The notes: generated by a model not told the origin, from the sequence alone. Shown: positions 9,063 to 20,133, counted from the first letter of the stretch. The stretch is DNA of 64,000 nucleotides from Desulfatiglandales bacterium (GCA_963662465.1 OY759599.1:1600001-1664000); one strand, 5' to 3'. Translations and numbers: made by a program.

Positions 9063-9458
9063 CTAGCGGAAGAGCACCCGAACATGAGGATAATCGATAA
9101 TTTTTTGATCAGTCGTAAGGAGCACCATATTGTGGTGACGGGATGAAGCCACAATAATCTGGTCAGCCGGATCCTTATGGAATGTGCCGGGGAGGATAGT
9201 TGATTCCAGTGAAATACTTATGGAAAGCGGCAAAATTTCAATGAATGGCTTCCGGGCGGCCTTGGCCAGCCAATCCCTGATGGGAATAGAGAGATTTAAT
9301 TTGTTTCGTGACACTTTTTTGGCTACTTCCCAAGGACTGATAGCGGATAAGTAGAAAGGATAATTGTTTACATCCAAGATTATTGGAGAAATTTGGGCAG
9401 GAACGAGATCAGGATTCTCCACCATTCGAATCCAAATATTGGTATCTAAGAGATATTT
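9063..9458 (-). CDS. vapC: VapC/PIN-domain toxin
   Basis: LLDTNIWI..LSAISPWEVAKK..HKDPADQIIVA..LLTTD PIN motifs; start MKYLLD overlaps the antitoxin stop. Confidence 0.9.
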   Translation of the reverse strand, partial: KYLLDTNIWIRMVENPDLVPAQISPIILDVNNYPFYLSAISPWEVAKKVSRNKLNLSIPIRDWLAKAARKPFIEILPLSISISLESTILPGTFHKDPADQIIVASSRHHNMVLLTTDQKIIDYPHVRVLFR

Positions 9459-9694
9459 CATTTGCATGCATCCCAATCATCTTCACCAAGGGGATCATCC
9501 CAGTCTGGAGCAAAAGAAACAGTGCCCTGCAAGCAGCCAAGAAATTCAGCAGGATCAGTCTTGCCGGTTTCCGGAGGTTGAATAATGGCTATTACCTTGC
9601 CACGTCTGGTTACCTCAATGGTCTCTCGAAGCTCTTCCACGTCCCGAAACATCCTTGTGCATTTGGCCTTAAATTCACTAACCGCAACTTTCAT
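9458..9694 (-). CDS. Phd/YefM-family antitoxin
   Basis: VSEFKAKC..IEVTRRGKVIAII; GAGG RBS; translationally coupled to vapC. Confidence 0.9.
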   Translation of the reverse strand: MKVAVSEFKAKCTRMFRDVEELRETIEVTRRGKVIAIIQPPETGKTDPAEFLGCLQGTVSFAPDWDDPLGEDDWDACK

Positions 9695-9765
9695 GATTAT
9701 ACCTCTAGGCTACTTGACTATTTACAAGGTCAAGTATAATGTTTTTAAGACAGATGAGTCAAGGA

Positions 9766-9871
9766 CAGATTTGTTTCAGATGAAGATTACGGATCTTATG
9801 CGGGTTGGCTGAAGGAGTATTCAAAGAAATTCAAGGTGGAGATCCATGCGTGGGTGATGATGACCAATCAC
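9766..9871 (+). pseudogene. REP-associated tyrosine (Y1/RAYT) transposase fragment
   Basis: My translation from 9779 gives DEDYGSYAGWLKEYSKKFKVEIHAWVMMTNH, truncated at the HxH motif. Confidence 0.7.
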
Positions 9872-10043
9872 TACTTATGTGGAACTCCACATAAAATGTG
9901 ATTGGGCATGAGCGCCCACCGAAAACACTCTGTTTCTGTTTCGGAAATAACCTTCCCCAACCGCTCAATAAAAATGTCTCGGTGAGGGGCCGGAGAGTTT
10001 TTATAAAGACATCTTTCGCGTTGAGCCGGGACATTTTCTCACT

Positions 10044-10620
10044 TTGGAACAGGGTCAGGTTCGCACCCGGCGGTATCATCGTTTCGATCCCAACCACCGC
10101 ATTGTGTTCAAAAACGACGACGATTACGTGGAAGCAGCCCGTGAAATGCTGGACAAGGCGGTTGCCTGCCGGCTCCGCAGTGCCGGTGGTATAGCGTCTC
10201 ACCTCAGTTCGGGCCTGGACAGTTCCACGGTTGCCGCCACGGCCGCACGTTTGTTGGGGACACAGGGCAAGAGGCTGACGGCCTTCACTTCAGTGCCGAG
10301 GGAAGGCTTTGACGAGCCCGGTTCCCAAGGGCCGGCACGGGATGAAGGACCGGCCGCCGCGGCGTTGGCGGCGAAGTTTTCTAATATTGACCACATTCTG
10401 TTTCGGCCGGGAAACCGGACCCCGGTGGATGGTCTGCGGGAAAAGGTGGAGAGATTCGACCGGGCCCCCTTAAATTCCTGCAATCATGTGTGGATCGACG
10501 GCATTCATGCCGATGCCGCCCGGCGAGGGGCCCGAGTTTTGCCGACCGGGCAGATGGGGAATATGACCATTTCCTATGACGGGCGCCCCCGTTTGGCATC
10601 TCTCTTGCGCTGGGGGCCCT
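10044..10620 (+). pseudogene. Asparagine synthetase-like (lasso cyclase-type) internal fragment
   Basis: AVACRLRS..IASHLSSGLDSSTVAATAA..LTAFTSVP..TGQMGNMTISYDG; both termini missing. Confidence 0.75.
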
Positions 10621-10659
10621 GGGAGGCGGTTTTGGGAAAAAGCGGTGTTTTTGCGTTCA

Positions 10660-10940
10660 CCCGGGTGTAGGCGTCATGCACCTTCATGAAAAGAGTTTCG
10701 TCCGCATCGGCAGCCAGTTTTTCGTATACCTCCGGTCGAAGCCTATCGATCTTATCGGCGTTCATGTCAGAGGCTTCAAGCCCACTTCGTCGTCGAAGAT
10801 GCCCCTGGCACTGGCAATGGGGGTTCTGTGAAGGTTGTTGATGTCCGCCGACTTTTCCTGCTCTCCCCGCAGGTTGGTGAGGAACACCCGGAACCAGGTG
10901 TTTCCGGATTTGGGGTACGATGCCGGCCAGATAATCCCAC
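10660..10940 (-). pseudogene. Sulfotransferase N-terminal fragment
   Basis: IIWPASYPKSGNTWFRVFL (5'-PSB loop), then after a frameshift RLRPEVYE..FMKVHDAYT; truncated. Confidence 0.75.
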
Positions 10941-11492
10941 CCAGACCTTCCAGAAAACGGGGACGATAGGTATGATTGAGGAGCGGTTCAATCCGTTCCA
11001 TGCCTGTCAGTTCCGAAACCTCGAAATCATCCGTGTTGGTATCCTTAAGGAGGAAAACCGATCGGGCCGGCGTGGGGATTGCGGAGGTATGGTCAAAGGG
11101 GACGAAATACTTCTGGAAGTCCTGAGCGAGCCGCACCCGAATGAGGCCCATATCATCTTTTTCAAGCTTCTTCAGTGCATCGGCCCACAGCTTGAGCCTG
11201 GGAAAACCGGGAATGACCTTTGCGCTACCATTTTCATCCGCGGTTACCGCGCACACATCATCCGCCAAAAGTGGATAGCCCCGTTTTTGAAATCCCGCGG
11301 GTAGGGCCGATTTTCCGATACTGGAGGGTCCCATGAACAGGACCGCCTCGCCTCCACCTGAACGGCGCTGGCGTGAAGGGGCAGGATGTTCCGCTGGTGC
11401 AGGAGCGCCCCCATGGCGGAACCCATCAGGAAAAGGAGCACCTCCTCATCCGTTGCGCCGAGATCCCGATCGATGAGGATGTTGGTTCCTTT
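10940..11492 (-). pseudogene. HPr-kinase-related (lasso-peptide kinase-like) fragment
   Basis: LLHQRNILPLHASAV / frameshift / GPSSIGKS..LLADDVC..PGFPRLKLWADAL; fused in frame to the sulfotransferase fragment. Confidence 0.75.
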
Positions 11493-11547
11493 GAAAACAT
11501 GCCATATCTCTCAAAAGCCACAATCCTGCAAGACGAGTAGAACTACT

Positions 11548-11731
11548 GTAAGAAAAAAGATTGGTGAACTGGGTCTTGACATTGAAATCGAGGTAAATGG
11601 GGGCATCAACCATGAAACCATTCGAAGTGTCTCTTCCCGCCGGCGCTGATGTTTTTGTGACCGGATCGGCTATTTATCGCGGCAAAAACCATGCGGATAG
11701 CATTAAGGCGTTGAGACGGAATATAGGGTGA
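11548..11731 (+). pseudogene. rpe: Ribulose-phosphate 3-epimerase C-terminal fragment
   Basis: LDIEIEVNGGINHETI / frameshift / AGADVFVTGSAIY; catalytic Asp reads Asn. Confidence 0.7.
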
Positions 11732-11738
11732 TCCCGGC

Positions 11739-13187
11739 CTACTTTCGCCAGTACTCGGGCGCCAGCAGAACAATCACCGTATAAATCTCCAGACGCCCCA
11801 GGAGCATGCAGGCAATCAACACCCATTTGCCGGCCGTGGGAATTTCCAGGTAGTTTCGGATGGGACCGACCACGCCAAAGCCGGGGCCGATATTGCCGAT
11901 AGATGCGGCCACGGATGATAAGGCGGAGATAAAGTCAAGTCCCAGGCCCGCCATGATCAGGGAAGCCACGACAAAAAGACCCATATAAAGGAAAAAGAAT
12001 CCCCATATGCTGCTGAGAACATCCGTGGAAACGGGTTGCCCGCCGAGCTTAACCGTGGTTACCGCATGGGGATGAATAATACGGAAGACCTGTTGATAAG
12101 CATGTTTCACCATCAGTATGATCCGCACGATTTTTATGCCGCCCCCCGTTGAACCCGCCATGGCCCCTAAAAACATGCAGACCAGGAGAATCAGCTGGGA
12201 AAGGGCCGGCCATTTTTCATAATCAGCGGATACAAACCCGGTTGTGGTGATGATGGAGCTTATCTGAAAGGCGGCAAACCGGAAGGCCTGAAAAAGGGAT
12301 TTATAAACAACGCCGTAAATATCCAGGGTCACCAGCAGGATGAACACGCCCACAATAATCAGGAACACGCGGCACTCCGAGTCCTTGCCGAAGATTTTCA
12401 GGTCGCCTTTGAGCAGTCGGTAGTGAAGAGAAAAGTTGATGCCGGCCAGAAGCATGAAAATTACAATGACAAAATCAAAGTATGTGCTGTTGTATTGGGC
12501 GATGCTGGCGTTTTGGGTTGAAAAGCCGCCTGTGGGCATGGTGCAAAAGGCATGGCAGAAAGAATCAAACAGGCTCATGCCGCCCCCGAAAAGCAGCGCC
12601 ACCTGAACCAGGGTGATGAGAAGATAGATTTTCCAAAGTATCCTGGCGGTTTCAGAGATCCGGGGTTTGAGTTTATCGACGACGGGACTGGGAATTTCAG
12701 CCTTGTACAGCTGCATCCCGCCGATGCCCAGGAATGGAAGAATGGCGATGGAAAGGACAATAATGCCCATGCCGCCCAGCCACTGGGTCAGACTTCTCCA
12801 GAGAAGGATTCCTTCGGGAAGGGACTCGATGTCTGTTATGACGCTGGCGCCCGTTGTGGTAAACCCCGAAATGGACTCGAAACAGGCGTTGGCTATATCC
12901 GTTGTGACGCCGGCAAAGAGATAGGGCAAGGCGCCGACCAATCCCGCCATCACCCATCCCAACGTAACAATGGCAACCCCGTCCCGGTGATTGAGCTGTT
13001 TTTCCTTCTGGCTTTTTGTCAAAGCAAAGGGAATGCCTCCCAGAAGGCATGTCACGGCCATGGCCAGGAGCAGCGGTTTGGTGCACTGGTCATCAAGCAG
13101 GAAAGACACGCCCACTGGAGCTGCCATGGAAAGCCCCAGAAAAAAAACCAAAATACCGGTGAAACGGACGATAATTTGAAAGTTCAT
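11739..13187 (-). CDS. trkH: Trk potassium uptake membrane subunit
   Basis: FESISGFTTTGA, TQWLGGMGII, GSTGGGIK, GNIGPG, MLLGRLEI. Confidence 0.95.
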   Translation of the reverse strand: MNFQIIVRFTGILVFFLGLSMAAPVGVSFLLDDQCTKPLLLAMAVTCLLGGIPFALTKSQKEKQLNHRDGVAIVTLGWVMAGLVGALPYLFAGVTTDIANACFESISGFTTTGASVITDIESLPEGILLWRSLTQWLGGMGIIVLSIAILPFLGIGGMQLYKAEIPSPVVDKLKPRISETARILWKIYLLITLVQVALLFGGGMSLFDSFCHAFCTMPTGGFSTQNASIAQYNSTYFDFVIVIFMLLAGINFSLHYRLLKGDLKIFGKDSECRVFLIIVGVFILLVTLDIYGVVYKSLFQAFRFAAFQISSIITTTGFVSADYEKWPALSQLILLVCMFLGAMAGSTGGGIKIVRIILMVKHAYQQVFRIIHPHAVTTVKLGGQPVSTDVLSSIWGFFFLYMGLFVVASLIMAGLGLDFISALSSVAASIGNIGPGFGVVGPIRNYLEIPTAGKWVLIACMLLGRLEIYTVIVLLAPEYWRK

Positions 13188-14563
13188 CAGAAATATTCCA
13201 GCTTTACGGTGAGTAGCTTTTCCAGTTTTGGGAGTACTTGTTGAAGGGCGAATATGATCAGCCGGTCTCCCGGTTTGATCACGGTGTCGCCCCGGGGGAT
13301 AATAATTTCGCTTTCGTGAAAAATTGCGCCGACAATGGCCCCTTTCGGCATTTTTATTTTGTGGAGGGGTTTGTTGACAATTTCCGATGTTTCCAGGGCT
13401 TCCGCTTCAATGGCCTCGGCGTGTTCCCCTTTCAAGGGCGCCACCGATAGAATTTTACCCGGTCTGATATATTGTAAAATGGCCCGGACCGCCGCCAGTC
13501 TCGGACTGACCACGGTATCGATGCCGATGGCGCTCATGAGCGGCAGATAACTCAATTTGCTGACGCGGGTGACGGTCTTCCGGGTTCCCAGCCCTTTGGC
13601 CAGGAGGGATATGAGGATGTTGCTTTCTTCATCCCCGGTAATGGTCACAACGCAGTCCGCGCTCCCGATATTTTCCTCTTCCAGGAGGTCCTTGTCGGTG
13701 CCATCTCCATTGATGACCGTTACATGGGAAAGACCGGCTGAAAGCTCCGCGCATATGGCTTCGTCTTTTTCAATAATTTTAACGTTGATCTTTGTCCTGT
13801 CCATTTCCCTGGCCAAGGCCTGGCCTGTCTGCCCGGCGCCGATGATGATGACCCGTCTCAGGCTTTTTTCCTTGATTCCGAACAATTCAAGGGCTTGCTC
13901 CACCTCTCTGTTTCTCGCCACCAGATAAACCAGGTCTCCCGCCAGGATGCTGTCGCTGCCTTGGGGAATGATCACCTGGGACGGTAAATTGGGACGGGTT
14001 CGTACGATGGCCCCCACCAGAATTTCCCTTTCCGCCTCCGTGAATGAAAGGAGTTTCCGACCGGCAAAGGGAGAATTTTTCTCCACGGTAACGCCGATGA
14101 GTTTGACGCTCCCCCCCATGAAATCGATAACTTCGGAAGCGCCCGGGATCTCCATCAACGTTTGAATGCTGTGTACCATTTCAACCTGGGGGTTGATCAC
14201 ATGGTCAATTCCCAGGTGATCTTTATCCAGTAACAACGGCAATTCGTTTACATATTCCTCATTTCTAAGCCTTGCAACCTTGATCAGGTACGGGTTCAGG
14301 TTTTTGGCGATCAAGCAGGAAATCAGATTGACTTCATCGCTGTTGGTTGCGGCCAACAGTATGTCGGCATCCTTTATTCCTGCATCCTTGAGGAGTCGAG
14401 GACTTGTCCCGGAACCCAGAAAAGCCTGTATATCCAGGTTGTCGGCGACCCTCTTGATTTGTTCCGGATTCTGGTCAATCAGGACAACGTCCTGGCTTTC
14501 TTCCGAAAGTCTCTGAGCGATATGGAACCCGACTTCCCCTGCGCCCACAATGATCACTTTCAA
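13187..14563 (-). CDS. trkA: Trk potassium uptake NAD-binding subunit
   Basis: Two RCK domains (IIVGAGEVG, IIIGAGQTG). Confidence 0.95.
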   Translation of the reverse strand: MKVIIVGAGEVGFHIAQRLSEESQDVVLIDQNPEQIKRVADNLDIQAFLGSGTSPRLLKDAGIKDADILLAATNSDEVNLISCLIAKNLNPYLIKVARLRNEEYVNELPLLLDKDHLGIDHVINPQVEMVHSIQTLMEIPGASEVIDFMGGSVKLIGVTVEKNSPFAGRKLLSFTEAEREILVGAIVRTRPNLPSQVIIPQGSDSILAGDLVYLVARNREVEQALELFGIKEKSLRRVIIIGAGQTGQALAREMDRTKINVKIIEKDEAICAELSAGLSHVTVINGDGTDKDLLEEENIGSADCVVTITGDEESNILISLLAKGLGTRKTVTRVSKLSYLPLMSAIGIDTVVSPRLAAVRAILQYIRPGKILSVAPLKGEHAEAIEAEALETSEIVNKPLHKIKMPKGAIVGAIFHESEIIIPRGDTVIKPGDRLIIFALQQVLPKLEKLLTVKLEYF

Positions 14564-14772
14564 TCAAAAATCCTCCAACTGTTTTCCCATGAACCCAAGG
14601 CTTTGCGAAAACGGTTATGATAAGCTTGGCATAAAAAGATAATGTAGGAGAGCGCTTCCAAAAAGTCAACTGGGATGAAAGCTATATCTGTTTACAACGC
14701 AAGCGCGTGGTGGTATAAACCGGTCCAAAGAATGGCGTTTGGCCTGTGTTTAAGAAAGCAGAGAGAAATTTT

Positions 14773-15794
14773 ATGCCCATAAGCGAATTGAAAAATTTAC
14801 AGGATCCGAAGGTCCTGTTCACGAAGTCCATAGATCGGTTTTCCGAAGCAAAGATTGCCGTTCTCGGAGATGTTATCATGGATGAATTTATCTGGGGAGA
14901 TGTTTCCCGGATTTCTCGGAAGCGCCGGTGCCGGTTTTGGACGTGGAACGGGAAACAAAACTATTGGGCGGCGCCGCCAATGTGGTGCGCAATATGGGCG
15001 CCCTTGGGGCGGAGGCAATCCTCTGCGGTGTTGTGGGTGATGATGCCATGGGAAAAAAAATTCTGTCGGAACTGGCCTCCATGGGCCTGAGATCCGATGG
15101 CGTGATTGTGGAAAGCGGTCGACCCACCAGCATCAAAACCAGGGTTGTGGCCCGAAATCAGCAAATCGTTCGATATGACCGGGAGAGCAGGGCGGATATC
15201 CGTGCCGAAAGCGTTAAGAAAATGCTCGATTTTGCAAAGGCGGCGTTTCCCCGGATCAACGCCGTTGTGATTTCCGATTATGGAAAGGGCGTAATTTCGG
15301 CGCCCCTCATGAAAGGGCTCAGGGATCTGCTCGGGACCGCCTCGATGAATCCGAATATGGTGATGACGGTGGATCCCAAGACCGGCAATTTCGAACACTA
15401 CAGGGGCGTGGATGTTATTACGCCCAACCATCATGAGGCAGGGCTTTTTTGCGGTTTTAAAATCGTTGATGAGAAAACCCTCAACAGGGCTGGACGGAAA
15501 ATGCTGGATGCATTAAATTGCCGTTCCGTCTTGATTACCCAGGGGAAAGACGGTATGACCCTTTTTGAGCGTGGGGGGGAGATCACTCACATTCCCACCG
15601 TGGCCAAAAAAGTCTTTGATGTCACCGGGGCCGGCGATACCGTCATCAGCGCCATCTCGCTGGGCTTGGCTGTTGGAATGGATTTAAAGTCCGCGGCGTA
15701 TGTGGCAAATATTGCGGCCGGTATTGTGGTGGGTGAAGTGGGCACATCGGCAGCAACGGCGGCGGATGTGAAAAAAGCCATCATGAATGCCTGA
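14773..15794 (+). CDS. rfaE1: D-glycero-beta-D-manno-heptose-7-phosphate kinase, apparent 1-bp deletion near 14917
   Basis: VLGDVIMDEFIWGDVSRIS continues in another frame as EAPVPVL..GGAANV; SDYGKG; DVTGAGDT. Confidence 0.85.
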
Positions 15795-15824
15795 AGTTTT
15801 AAGTCTCAGGCGATAAGGTGAATT

Positions 15825-16364
15825 ATGAGCAAACCGGAAAAATCCGATGCGGTTAAACTGATTGCCAGCCTTTTTTCTTCTGAAAAAGCGCTTGTTGAAA
15901 GGGTGATCGAACAGCTGGTGAAACTCTATGGAGACGCTGACTGGATCAGCCCTGAAATTTTTTTCGATCGGACCCGGTATTACGAAAAAGAGATGGGGTG
16001 GCCGCTGCACCGTCGGTTCCTCGCTTTCAAAAATCTCATTGCTCCTGAAATGCTGGTGGATGTGAAGCTCAAAACCAATGAGATCGAAAAAACATATCTG
16101 AAGGGAGAAAAAAGGCGGATCAATATTGATCCGGGGTATATCTCCCTGGAACGGTTGATTCTGGCCACCGGGAAAAATTATATCCACAGGGTGTATCTGC
16201 GGGAAGGGATTTATGCCGATCTGACCCTGGTTTTCAAACGGGGAGGGTTTGTGCCGCTGGAGTGGACTTATCCCGATTATGCACACCCGGAAATGATTGC
16301 CTGTTTTAATGCCATTAGAGCCCAATATCTGGAACAGTTAAGAGGGGGTAAACCCATTGATTAA
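15825..16364 (+). CDS. DUF4416 family protein
   Basis: YYEKEMG, RRINIDPGY, LATGKNYIHRVYL..GIYADL..WTYPDY. Confidence 0.85.
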   Translation: MSKPEKSDAVKLIASLFSSEKALVERVIEQLVKLYGDADWISPEIFFDRTRYYEKEMGWPLHRRFLAFKNLIAPEMLVDVKLKTNEIEKTYLKGEKRRINIDPGYISLERLILATGKNYIHRVYLREGIYADLTLVFKRGGFVPLEWTYPDYAHPEMIACFNAIRAQYLEQLRGGKPID

Positions 16365-17238
16365 AAGCATGACCGCATATGGCAAAGGAGATTTCCCGCG
16401 GGATGGAAAACGGTTTCTGGTGGAGATTAAATCGCTCAACAACCGTTATCGGGACGTTATTATCAGAATCCCTAAAAATCTCCAGGGGTTTGAAAAGGAA
16501 TTGCGAACCCTGATCGATTCAAAGGTGAACCGGGGACGGGTCGAAGTCTTTTTTCAGATCGAAAGTTCCAGTGATATGCCCTCCTATAAACTCCATCTGA
16601 ATTTGCCGTTGGTGGATGCTTATTTAGATGCTTTTTCCCAGCTGTCCAACCGTTCAGGCCTCAATCAGGATATGCGGCTGGAAACCCTGCTTCAGATGAA
16701 TGATGTGGCAATGCTTAAACCGGACACGGGCGACGAAGAAGAACTGGGGGCGGGGCTTCGCCAGGCGCTCATCCTGGGTCTCGAGTCCCTGGTTGAAATG
16801 AGACGGGAAGAGGGGGCGGCGATTGAGGCCGATTTGAGAAAAAGGCTGAGCAGGGTTGCCGGATTCGTTGATTATGTGCAGGGTCGTACCACTGATATCG
16901 TAGAGGCTTATCGGGTTCGGTTGAAGGAAAATATGGATAAATTGGTCCAAGGGGTTGATGTGGATGAGGGAAGACTCGCCCAGGAAGTCGCCATATTTGC
17001 TGAACGATCCGATATTACGGAAGAACTGGTCCGACTGCGAAGCCATATTGAACAATTCGCCACATACCTGGAAATAGATGACGTGGTCGGTAGAAGGCTC
17101 GATTTTCTCATTCAGGAAATGAACCGGGAGGTCAATACCCTCGGTTCAAAGGCCTCTGACGCATTTGTTTCGAAAATTGTAGTGGAAATGAAGGCGGAGT
17201 TGGAAAAACTGCGGGAACAGGTGCAGAATGTGGAATAA
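16357..17238 (+). CDS. yicC: YicC/YloC family endoribonuclease
   Basis: [44 protein letters not shown]. Confidence 0.95.
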   Translation: MIKSMTAYGKGDFPRDGKRFLVEIKSLNNRYRDVIIRIPKNLQGFEKELRTLIDSKVNRGRVEVFFQIESSSDMPSYKLHLNLPLVDAYLDAFSQLSNRSGLNQDMRLETLLQMNDVAMLKPDTGDEEELGAGLRQALILGLESLVEMRREEGAAIEADLRKRLSRVAGFVDYVQGRTTDIVEAYRVRLKENMDKLVQGVDVDEGRLAQEVAIFAERSDITEELVRLRSHIEQFATYLEIDDVVGRRLDFLIQEMNREVNTLGSKASDAFVSKIVVEMKAELEKLREQVQNVE

Positions 17239-17252
17239 AAGGAGATTTGTCC

Positions 17253-17531
17253 ATGAGTATTAATCTTGTGAATGTGGGTTTTGGAAATTCGGTGGTTTCA
17301 AGACGCGTGGTTGCCATTATCTCCGCCGGCGCGGCGCCCATAAAACGGCTTCGCGATGAAGCCCGGGATGAAAAGCGGCTGATCGACGCCACCCAGGGAA
17401 GGCGAACCCGGTCCATATTGATTACGGACAGCAACCATGTTATTTTGTCCGCCGTGCAGCCTGAAACCATTGCACAGCGATTCAGTCCCGAAGGCAATAT
17501 CCCTTTGCAGGAATTGGAAGAGTTATCATGA
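17253..17531 (+). CDS. remA: DUF370/RemA family protein
   Basis: [36 protein letters not shown]. Confidence 0.9.
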   Translation: MSINLVNVGFGNSVVSRRVVAIISAGAAPIKRLRDEARDEKRLIDATQGRRTRSILITDSNHVILSAVQPETIAQRFSPEGNIPLQELEELS

Positions 17532-18142
17532 CCGGTCGGATTTTCGTTTTTTCCGCGCCTTCCGGTGCGGGGAAATCGACCATTGCCGCGGCCTTGATGG
17601 AAAGGATTGAAGATCTCTCCTATTCCATCTCCCACACCAGCCGTTCCCCAAGAGGGACCGAACGGGATTCAGTTGATTATCACTTTGTCGCCGAGGACGT
17701 TTTCAGGAAAATGATTCGCGAAAATGCTTTCCTGGAGTGGGCCGAAGTCCATGGGCATTTGTATGGTACTTCTTTCGAAGCAATCCAGGCGCAGATGTCG
17801 GCGGGCGATGATATCCTGATGGACGTGGATGTTCAGGGGGGGCGAAATGTCAAAAAGCAATTTCCTGAAAGCGTTCTTGTTTTTCTGTTGCCGCCGTCTC
17901 TTGAGATCCTGGAAAACCGTTTGACGGCCAGGGGAACCGATGACCCATCCGCCATTGGAAAACGAATGGCAAAGGCCTCCGAAGAAATCAAAAACTGTTT
18001 GGGGTACGACTACATCGTCATTAACGACGATCTGGAAAAAGCCATACATGAAGCGCAATCCATTATCGTGTCGGAACGGTGCAGACGAGTGCGCCGAATG
18101 GGTTGGGTCAATGCTCATTTCAACTTAAAACTTAAAACCTAA
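17528..18142 (+). CDS. gmk: Guanylate kinase
   Basis: [31 protein letters not shown]. Confidence 0.95.
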   Translation: MTGRIFVFSAPSGAGKSTIAAALMERIEDLSYSISHTSRSPRGTERDSVDYHFVAEDVFRKMIRENAFLEWAEVHGHLYGTSFEAIQAQMSAGDDILMDVDVQGGRNVKKQFPESVLVFLLPPSLEILENRLTARGTDDPSAIGKRMAKASEEIKNCLGYDYIVINDDLEKAIHEAQSIIVSERCRRVRRMGWVNAHFNLKLKT

Positions 18143-18149
18143 AACTTAA
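18122..18149. repeat. Heptamer tandem repeat (AACTTAA)x4 at the gmk/trpA convergence
   Basis: AACTTAA AACTTAA AACCTAA AACTTAA; same family at 39187-39220 and 47734-47778. Confidence 0.8.
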
Positions 18150-18913
18150 GTTGAACACAATCCCTTAACAAAACGGCCCACGGCATCAATCCCGTCCTTT
18201 TCCATGATCCGGATAGCCTGGGTGCCGATAACGGCGATATCCGCTTTTCCCGCCAGATAGTCCACATCCGCTTTTTCCTTGAGCCCGAAACCCACGGCCA
18301 GGGGAAGGGGCGAAGCCTTCCGACATTGGGCCAGGTAGGTGGACAGGTTTTGCGTAAATTCGGTTTCAGCGCCCGTGACGCCCTTCCTGGCTACGCAGTA
18401 AACAAACCCCTGAGCAAAGCCGCCAAGGGTTTGCATGCGCTCAAAAGAGGTTGTGGGTGAGAAAATCAGCACGGGGGACAATGCATGCGCGTTCATGGCC
18501 TTCAGGTACTCGCGGCCCTCTTCAGGGGGAAGATCCGGAATGATGGCCCCTTTGAGCCCTGTTTCCGCCATGCGCGCAACAAAAGCGTCCACGCCGTATT
18601 TAAACAGAATGTTGTAGTAAGTCATGATGAGAAACGGGATGTCAAACCGACGGGCAGCCTCGGCGGCAAATGCCAGGCATTTTTTCACAGTGGCCCCCCG
18701 TTCCAGGGCCTTCTGGTTGGCGCTCAAGATGATGGGTCCGTCCGCGATGGGTTCGGAAAAGGGAACCTGCAATTCCATCAGGTCCACACCCGCGTTCACC
18801 ATGGTTTCAACCAGGTTCATGGAGGCTTCAAATGAGGGGTATCCCACCACCATGTGCGTCATCAAAAGAATCTTTTTTTTCTTCAATCGGTTTCTCAAAT
18901 AGGTTTCAAGCAT
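18146..18913 (-). CDS. trpA: Tryptophan synthase alpha chain
   Basis: ELQVPFSEPIADGP, IPDLPPEE, GVTG, AVGFG; start MLETYL overlaps the trpB stop. Confidence 0.95.
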   Translation of the reverse strand: MLETYLRNRLKKKKILLMTHMVVGYPSFEASMNLVETMVNAGVDLMELQVPFSEPIADGPIILSANQKALERGATVKKCLAFAAEAARRFDIPFLIMTYYNILFKYGVDAFVARMAETGLKGAIIPDLPPEEGREYLKAMNAHALSPVLIFSPTTSFERMQTLGGFAQGFVYCVARKGVTGAETEFTQNLSTYLAQCRKASPLPLAVGFGLKEKADVDYLAGKADIAVIGTQAIRIMEKDGIDAVGRFVKGLCST

Positions 18914-20132
18914 TGTAGTCCTCCGCTTTTTTCTGAATAAATGCTTTCCAGCCGGGATCATCAAAGGCGTCCGCGATGGTAAAGATGTCTTTGTCCCCCC
19001 GGCCCGATTGGTTGATCAAAATAATATCTTTCGTTGACAGTAAGGGTGCTTCCTTGAAGGCCTGGGCAAAGGCGTGGGCTGATTCGAGGGCCGGAATCAG
19101 GCCTTCCATGCGAAGGGTGAGGGACAGTGCGTCGATGACCTCCCGGTCCGCGGCAGCTTCAAACCGAACCCGGCCGCGATCGCCAAGGGATGCCAGGATG
19201 GGGGAAACACCGATATAGTCCAACCCGGCCGCCACGCTGTGGGTTTCCATCATCTGCCCCTCTTCATTTTGAAGGAAGTAGGTTTTGTACCCCTGGGCCA
19301 CACCCGGGCTGCCGTCCGCCGATGCCAGTCGGGCCGCATGTTGGCCCGTGTGAAGCCCTTTTCCAGCGGCTTCGACGCCTACCAGTTCCACCTCATCATC
19401 CAGGAAACCGTTGAATATCCCCAGCGCATTGGAGCCTCCGCCCACGCAGGCGTAGACCCGGGTGGGAAGCTTTCCCGTCTGTTTCAACATTTGCTCTCGG
19501 GCTTCTTTTCCGATAATGGACTGAAAATAGGACACCATTTCCGGATAGGGGTGGGGACCGCAGGCCGTGCCCAGCACATAATGGGTATCGTCCATATTTG
19601 AAACCCAGTCCCTGAAGGCTTCGTTGATGGCATCCTTGAGGATGCGGGACCCATCCGTTACGGGGACTACCCGTGCGCCGAGGCGTTCCATCCAGAAAAC
19701 ATTGGGCCGCTGCCGTTCCACATCCGTTTCCCCCATGTAGACGGTGCATCTCAGACCGTATTTGGCGGCCATGGTGGCAGTGGCCACGCCGTGCTGACCC
19801 GCGCCCGTCTCCGCGATGACCCGGGACTTTCCCATGCGTTTCACCAGGAGTCCCTGCCCCATGACGTTGTTGGCCTTGTGGGCGCCGGTGTGGTTTAAGT
19901 CTTCTCTCTTGATATAGATTTTCGCCCCGCCGAAGTGACGGGTCAGATTTTCGGCAAAGGTGATGGGCGTGGGTCGGCAGGAATAGGTACTCATGATATG
20001 CTCATATTCGTTCCAGAATGAGGGATCGGCCTTTGCGGTTTCAAAGGCCTTTACCAGTTCTTCAAATGTTGAGACCAGAATCTCGGGGATAAATGCCCCC
20101 CCGAATGGTCCGTAATAGCCCCGATGGTCCAT
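18906..20132 (-). CDS. trpB: Tryptophan synthase beta chain
   Basis: KREDLNHTGAHK, AETGAGQHGVA, CVGGGSNA, SGRGDKD; start MDHRGYYG. Confidence 0.95.
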   Translation of the reverse strand: MDHRGYYGPFGGAFIPEILVSTFEELVKAFETAKADPSFWNEYEHIMSTYSCRPTPITFAENLTRHFGGAKIYIKREDLNHTGAHKANNVMGQGLLVKRMGKSRVIAETGAGQHGVATATMAAKYGLRCTVYMGETDVERQRPNVFWMERLGARVVPVTDGSRILKDAINEAFRDWVSNMDDTHYVLGTACGPHPYPEMVSYFQSIIGKEAREQMLKQTGKLPTRVYACVGGGSNALGIFNGFLDDEVELVGVEAAGKGLHTGQHAARLASADGSPGVAQGYKTYFLQNEEGQMMETHSVAAGLDYIGVSPILASLGDRGRVRFEAAADREVIDALSLTLRMEGLIPALESAHAFAQAFKEAPLLSTKDIILINQSGRGDKDIFTIADAFDDPGWKAFIQKKAEDYNA

Positions 20133-20133
20133 T

